Program-made: the position numbers and the translations under genes
The notes under the pieces: generated by a model
Told to the model about the DNA's origin: nothing
The model's input: only the letters and a program-made list of their open reading frames with translations
Databases searched by the model: none
Shown here: in pieces, positions 58,849 to 64,000 of the stretch
How positions within the stretch are numbered: position 1 is the stretch's first letter
How the letters are laid out: each line of letters opens with the position of its first letter
Origin: Kiritimatiellia bacterium
Lineage (GTDB): Bacteria; Verrucomicrobiota; Kiritimatiellia; JAAZAB01
DNA: 64,000 bases
Reading direction: 5' to 3'
NCBI GenBank assembly: GCA_040767085.1
Contig: JAXGPF010000010.1
Coordinates: 1-64,000, forward strand

Positions 58849-61533
58849 ATGCCGGAAATCGAAAAGAACTATGACGCGCGCGCGGTGGAAGAACGCTGGA
58901 GCCAGCGCTGGCTGGAGCGGCGCGCCTTTCATGCTGACCCGGCGCGCGGCGGCAAGCCTTACACGATCGTCATTCCCCCGCCGAACGTCACCGGCATGCT
59001 GCACATGGGGCATGCCCTGAATGCCACGCTCCAGGATATCCTGGTGCGCTGGCGGCGGATGCAGGGTTATAACACACTCTGGGCGCCGGGCACGGACCAC
59101 GCCGGCATTGCCACCCAGAACGTCGTGGAACGCGCGCTGCGCAAGGAGCGCCTGGACCGCGAAACCCTGGGCCGCGAAAAATTCGTTCAGCGCGTCTGGG
59201 AATGGCGCGAGCAGTATGGCCGCACCATCATCCGGCAACTGAAGCGCCTGGGCGCGTCCTGCGACTGGGAACGCGAGCGTTTTACCATGGATGCCGGCCT
59301 GAGCGCGGCCGTGACCGAGGTCTTCGTCCGCCTGTACGAGAAGCAATTGATCTACCGCGGCAACTACATCATCAACTGGTGCCCGCGCTGCCGCACGGCG
59401 CTCTCCGACGAGGAAAGCGAACACGTGGAGACGGCCGGGAAACTTTATTACCTGCGCTATCCGGGGCTGGGCGGCGGCAAGAAGGCCGCGCTGATCGTGG
59501 CCACCACCCGCCCGGAAACCATGCTCGGGGATGTCGCCCTGGCGGTCAACCCGCGCGACGTGCGCTATCGCCAATGGGCCGGGCGCCAGTGCCTGCTGCC
59601 CATCCTGAAGCGCCCCTTGCCGGTGATCGAGGACGATTTCGTCGATCCGGAATTCGGCACCGGCGTGGTCAAGATCACCCCCGCCCACGATCCCAATGAT
59701 TTTGAAATGGGGCGGCGGCACGGACTGGAACCGGTCAATGTCATGGATGACAGCGGGATCATGAACGAACAGGCCGGCCCTTACGCCGGGTTGGACCGTT
59801 TCGAATGCCGCAAGCGTCTGCTGGCGGACTTGGCGGCCGCCGGCCTGGTCGAAAAAATCGAAGACCATGCCCATGCCGTCGGCCATTGTTACCGCTGCCA
59901 GACGGTGGTGGAGCCGCGGCTTTCCATGCAATGGTTCGTCCGCATGGCGCCGCTGGCCCGCGCCGCCATTGCCGCGGTCAAGGATGGGAGCATCCAGTTC
60001 ATCCCCGAACGCTGGACCAAGGTTTACCTTGATTGGATGGAAAATATCCGCGATTGGTGCATCTCGCGGCAAATCTGGTGGGGGCACCGCATTCCCGTGT
60101 TCAATTGCCGCGCCTGCCGGCACACCTGGGCCGCGCGCGGCCAGCCGGCGGCCTGCCCGGCCTGCCATGCCGCTGAAATCGAGCAGGATCCCGATGTGTT
60201 GGACACTTGGTTCTCCTCCTGGCTCTGGCCGTTCAGCGTCCTCGGCTGGCCCCAGCGGACGCCGGAACTGGAATTTTATTACCCCACCCACTCCTTGGTG
60301 ACGGCGGCGGAAATCATTTTCTTCTGGGTGGCGCGCATGATCGTCGCCGGCCTGGAAGTCATGGGCAAGATTCCCTTCGAACGGGTCTATATCCATGGGA
60401 CGGTGCGCGACGATGCCGGGCGCAAGATGAGCAAAAGCCTCGGCAATTCGATCGATCCGCTGACAGTGATCGACGAGTTCAGCGCCGACGCCCTGCGGTT
60501 CAGCATGGTGATGGTGGCGGCCGTCGGACAGGATGTGTTCCTGTCGAAGGATAAATTCGCCGTTGGCCGGAATTTCCTGACCAAGATCTGGAATGCCGCC
60601 CGCTTCCTGCAGATGAATACTGACGGTCCGGCGCGGGCGGAGGAGTTGCCGGCAGTGCTGGCGCTGGCGCTGTCGCCGGATGACAAGCACATCCTGGTGC
60701 GCCTGAACGACACCATTGCCGCCTGCACGGAAAACCTTGAGCGGTTCCGCTTCAACGATGCGGCCCGGGAGTTGTACGAGTTCGTCTGGCATCAGTATTG
60801 CGACTGGTATATCGAGTATGCCAAGGGCGTGCTGTCCAACGGCGACGGGGAAGCGCGCCGGCGGGTGGTGGCGGTCATGCATTGCATCTTCTCGCATTTT
60901 CTCCGCCTGCTGCATCCCATGGCGCCTTTCATCACCGAGGAATTATGGCATGGGCTGGGGTACGGCGGCGAAAACGACCTGATCATGCTCGCCGCCTGGC
61001 CCAAACCCGTCGAAACGGAAGAGATCGCGGGCTGGAGCGATTTCCAGCGCCTGGCCGCCTACGTGGAAGACAAGCACGAACTCATCCGCATCGGGCGCAC
61101 CCTGCGGACGGATTACGGCATCCCGCCGGCGATGCAGATCGCCTTCGTCATCAAGCCGGAATCCGAGGAAATCGCTCACCTGCTGGCGGCCGATGAAAGC
61201 GCCATCGCCGCTCCGCTGCGCGCCAAATCTCTGCTCGTGGCGCTGGATTACCAGCCGCCGCGCGCGATGCCCAACGGCATCTCGCGCCTGGGGACGGTGT
61301 TCATGCCGGTGGAAGGCGTGATTGACATACCGGAGGAACGCCGGCGGCTGGCCGAACAGTCGGACAAGGCGGCCGGCGACCTCGCCGTCGTCAACCGCAA
61401 GTTGGATAACCTTGATTTCGTCCGTAAGGCGCCGCCGGCTGTCGTTGAACAGCAGCGCGTACGCAAGCAGGAATTGCTGGAAAAAATCGATAAATTAAAG
61501 CGGATGCTGGCGGTTTTAACCGATGCCGGATAA
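58849..61533 (+). CDS. valS: Valine--tRNA ligase
   Basis: [32 protein letters not shown] and KMSKS motifs. Start 58840 or 58849. Confidence 0.98.
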   Translation: MPEIEKNYDARAVEERWSQRWLERRAFHADPARGGKPYTIVIPPPNVTGMLHMGHALNATLQDILVRWRRMQGYNTLWAPGTDHAGIATQNVVERALRKERLDRETLGREKFVQRVWEWREQYGRTIIRQLKRLGASCDWERERFTMDAGLSAAVTEVFVRLYEKQLIYRGNYIINWCPRCRTALSDEESEHVETAGKLYYLRYPGLGGGKKAALIVATTRPETMLGDVALAVNPRDVRYRQWAGRQCLLPILKRPLPVIEDDFVDPEFGTGVVKITPAHDPNDFEMGRRHGLEPVNVMDDSGIMNEQAGPYAGLDRFECRKRLLADLAAAGLVEKIEDHAHAVGHCYRCQTVVEPRLSMQWFVRMAPLARAAIAAVKDGSIQFIPERWTKVYLDWMENIRDWCISRQIWWGHRIPVFNCRACRHTWAARGQPAACPACHAAEIEQDPDVLDTWFSSWLWPFSVLGWPQRTPELEFYYPTHSLVTAAEIIFFWVARMIVAGLEVMGKIPFERVYIHGTVRDDAGRKMSKSLGNSIDPLTVIDEFSADALRFSMVMVAAVGQDVFLSKDKFAVGRNFLTKIWNAARFLQMNTDGPARAEELPAVLALALSPDDKHILVRLNDTIAACTENLERFRFNDAARELYEFVWHQYCDWYIEYAKGVLSNGDGEARRRVVAVMHCIFSHFLRLLHPMAPFITEELWHGLGYGGENDLIMLAAWPKPVETEEIAGWSDFQRLAAYVEDKHELIRIGRTLRTDYGIPPAMQIAFVIKPESEEIAHLLAADESAIAAPLRAKSLLVALDYQPPRAMPNGISRLGTVFMPVEGVIDIPEERRRLAEQSDKAAGDLAVVNRKLDNLDFVRKAPPAVVEQQRVRKQELLEKIDKLKRMLAVLTDAG

Positions 61534-61804
61534 TCCAGCCATCTCGATCGTCGTTGGCGGCATGGTGCAGGGCGTGGGCTTCCGCTGGTCATGCCGGGCG
61601 GAGGCGCGGCGGTTGGGCCTGCGCGGCTGGGTGCGCAACCGCCCGGACGGGCGCGTTGAAGCCGCCGCTGCCGGCCTGCCGGACGCCCTGGCCTCCTTCG
61701 CGGATTGGTGCCGCCATGGTCCGCCGGGCGCGGCGGTGCGGGAATGCCGCATCGAAAAAATACCACCAAACCCTGACTGGACCACCTTTGAAATCCGCCC
61801 TTAA
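61523..61804 (+). CDS. acyP: Acylphosphatase
   Basis: [21 protein letters not shown] and HGPPGA motifs. Confidence 0.93.
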   Translation: MPDNPAISIVVGGMVQGVGFRWSCRAEARRLGLRGWVRNRPDGRVEAAAAGLPDALASFADWCRHGPPGAAVRECRIEKIPPNPDWTTFEIRP

Positions 61805-61825
61805 CACCTGAAAGAATATTGATTC

Positions 61826-64000
61826 ATGAATTTATCCGCGCGCTATGCCGAAAAACATCATGACGCGGTGCTGGAACTGCTGCAACGTCCAGGCATCGAA
61901 CCGCTGGATGAGGCCGCCATCGCCCGGGCCCTGGGCCTGCGGGGAGCGGCCCGTAAACGCCTGCGCTTGCTGCTGAATGCCATGACGGTGCAGGGGGAAA
62001 TTGTCCGCCTGCGCCAGGACCGCTATTCCCTCGGCTCGCCGGCGGACCTGGCGCCCGGCCGCCTGGAAATGCTCCGCTCCGGCGACGCCATCGTGCAGCC
62101 AACCGATAATTCCAGGGAAATTTTCGTGCCGCGCGACAACCTGGGCACGGCCCTGCCGCACGACAATGTGGTGGTCCGGCTGGACCCGCCCGGCGCCGCC
62201 GGCGCGGGCCGCCGGCGCACCGGCAAGGTGATCCGCATCCTCGAACGTTCCCGGCGGGCCATCACCGGCACGCTGCGTTCCACGGGCCGTTTTTTTTACG
62301 TTGTGCCGATTGATCCGGTTTACAACCAGGACTTCTACGTGGCCGATCCGCGCCAGGCGCGGGTGAACGACCGCGTGGTCGTTCAAATCACCGTCTGGCC
62401 CCACCGCCATGTCAATCCGGAAGCCGAAATCATCGAAGTTATCGGTCCGGCCGACGATCCCTCGCTGGACACCCTGGCGGTCATCCGGCATTTCGGATTG
62501 CCCGAGGCCTTTCCCGCCGCCGCCCTTCGCGAAGCCGAAAGCGCCCCGGCCCGCCTGGCGGAGTCCGGCCGCCGGCGCGACGCGCGGGACTTGTTCGTTT
62601 TCACGATCGATCCGGCCACCGCGCGCGATTTCGACGACGCGCTCTCCCTGCAGACGGATGACCAGGGGCGGCGCGTGCTGGGCGTGCATATCGCCGATGT
62701 GGCGCATTTCGTCCGCCCCGGCCATCCCCTGGACGCGGAAGCCCGCCGCCGCGGCAACAGCGTGTACCTGCCCGACAAGGTAATCCCCATGCTGCCGGAA
62801 CAGCTTTCCAACGGCCTGTGCAGTCTCCGTCCGGACGCCGACCGCCTGGTGTTTTCGGCCTGGTTGACCTTTGACGATGCCGGCGCGCCGGTGCGCGCCG
62901 AATTTTCACGCAGCATTATTCGCTCCCGGCTTCGCCTGACCTACGAGCAGGGGCTGGAAATCCTGCAGGGCGGCTGTCCGGCAGTCTGCCGGCCGGCCGG
63001 CGTCGGCGAGGCCGGCCTGGGCGTGATCCGCCGGATTCACGAATTGGCGCAGCAACTTCGCCGCCGGCGCTTCCTCAAGGATTACGCGCTGGAATTGGAT
63101 GTGCCGGAGCACGAAGTCATTATGGGCCCGGCCGGCATGATTGTGGATATCCGGCGGCAGTTCAACGATATTGCGCACCAGATGATCGAGGAGTGCATGG
63201 TCGCCGCCAATGAAGCGGTGGACCGCGAGTTAAGCGCGCGGGGCCTTGCGATCCTGCACCGCGTGCACGAGCCGCCGGACCCGGCCAAGTTTGAACAACT
63301 GGCCGCCCAACTCGCGGAAATGGGCCTCCAACCCGGCGATCTCTCCAAGCGGCCCAACCTGGCGGCGTTTTTGAAAAAACTCGTCGGGCATCCCTTCGAG
63401 TACGACGCCAAGGTGGCCGTGCTGAAGAGCATGAAACGCGCCGTGTATTCCCCGGAACCGCTGGGCCATTACGGGCTGGCGAAAAAATATTACGCGCATT
63501 TCACCTCGCCGATCCGCCGTTATCCCGACCTGGTGGCGCACCGGGTGCTGGCGGAGCGGTTGCTTAACCGGCGCAATCCCTATAACGCCGCCGAGTTGAA
63601 AGCCCTGGGCGTGCATTGTTCGCATACCGAGCAGACGGCGGAGCAGGCGGAAAAGGCTTTGCTGGAAATCAAGAAATACCGGTTCCTGGAGCAGCAGCTC
63701 CGCCAGAAGCAACCCGTGGTTTACGATGCCGTCGTGGTGCATGTCCGCAATTTCGGCATGTTTGTCGAACTGGTGGAATTGCAAATTCAGGGGCTGGTGC
63801 GTGTCTCCGCCATCGCCGACAGTTTTGTGCAGTACGACCCCGCGCGCGAATCCCTGCGCGCCGGCCGCGCCGTCTTCCAGCGCGGCGGCCGGGTGCGCGT
63901 CCGCGTGGGCCGTGTTGATTTCGACAAGCGGCAGATTGATTTTGTGCTGGAGGGCGGCCCCGCCGCGGCGCTAAAAGACCGCCGCCCGCGGCCGGACGCG
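61826..64000 (+). CDS. rnr: Ribonuclease R (RNB family), truncated by the window end
   Basis: Manual translation from ATG 61826: FTIDPATARDFDDA, GVHIADV, RGNSVYLPD..PMLP, IEECMVAAN, HFTSPIRRYPDL, then an S1 domain (FGMFVEL). No stop seen before 64000. Confidence 0.95.
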   Translation, partial: MNLSARYAEKHHDAVLELLQRPGIEPLDEAAIARALGLRGAARKRLRLLLNAMTVQGEIVRLRQDRYSLGSPADLAPGRLEMLRSGDAIVQPTDNSREIFVPRDNLGTALPHDNVVVRLDPPGAAGAGRRRTGKVIRILERSRRAITGTLRSTGRFFYVVPIDPVYNQDFYVADPRQARVNDRVVVQITVWPHRHVNPEAEIIEVIGPADDPSLDTLAVIRHFGLPEAFPAAALREAESAPARLAESGRRRDARDLFVFTIDPATARDFDDALSLQTDDQGRRVLGVHIADVAHFVRPGHPLDAEARRRGNSVYLPDKVIPMLPEQLSNGLCSLRPDADRLVFSAWLTFDDAGAPVRAEFSRSIIRSRLRLTYEQGLEILQGGCPAVCRPAGVGEAGLGVIRRIHELAQQLRRRRFLKDYALELDVPEHEVIMGPAGMIVDIRRQFNDIAHQMIEECMVAANEAVDRELSARGLAILHRVHEPPDPAKFEQLAAQLAEMGLQPGDLSKRPNLAAFLKKLVGHPFEYDAKVAVLKSMKRAVYSPEPLGHYGLAKKYYAHFTSPIRRYPDLVAHRVLAERLLNRRNPYNAAELKALGVHCSHTEQTAEQAEKALLEIKKYRFLEQQLRQKQPVVYDAVVVHVRNFGMFVELVELQIQGLVRVSAIADSFVQYDPARESLRAGRAVFQRGGRVRVRVGRVDFDKRQIDFVLEGGPAAALKDRRPRPDA

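Noticed and set aside
47412-60915. Long antisense ORFs opposite typA, rsmB, hom, lysC, cimA and valS
   Set aside because: Shadow frames of conserved genes with no motifs of their own.

Overview
Bacterial chromosomal window, mostly GC-rich. The gene content and style suggest a PVC-superphylum organism such as Kiritimatiellia/Lentisphaeria (inference, not verified). The first ~7.6 kb is a visibly more AT-rich surface-glycan block: NDP-sugar C-methyltransferase, GT4, a GT39/ArnT-like membrane protein, an unknown membrane protein and an FAD oxidoreductase. The rest is mostly housekeeping: aroC, arnA-arnD, lipB, ridA, proB, mtaB, rpsP-khpA-trmD-rplS-rnhB-yraN, tsaE-thiL-mtnA, typA, argS-rsmB and hom-lysC-cimA-valS-acyP-rnr. 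It also holds a small carbohydrate-utilisation cluster, a BACON/FG-GAP surface protein beside a GspE/PilB ATPase, an AbrB/VapC-type toxin-antitoxin pair and two insertion sequences (IS1202-like with a 16-bp target duplication; IS3/IS407-like). The most unusual feature is a family of modular intergenic mosaic repeats, each module a short 7-9 bp tandem doublet or triplet. They fill nearly every intergenic gap between 4 and 23 kb and recur at 42.7 and 47.2 kb. They form inverted pairs around single genes, sit at a fixed distance from some stop codons, and separate the antitoxin from its toxin. I found no CRISPR array, tRNA or rRNA.
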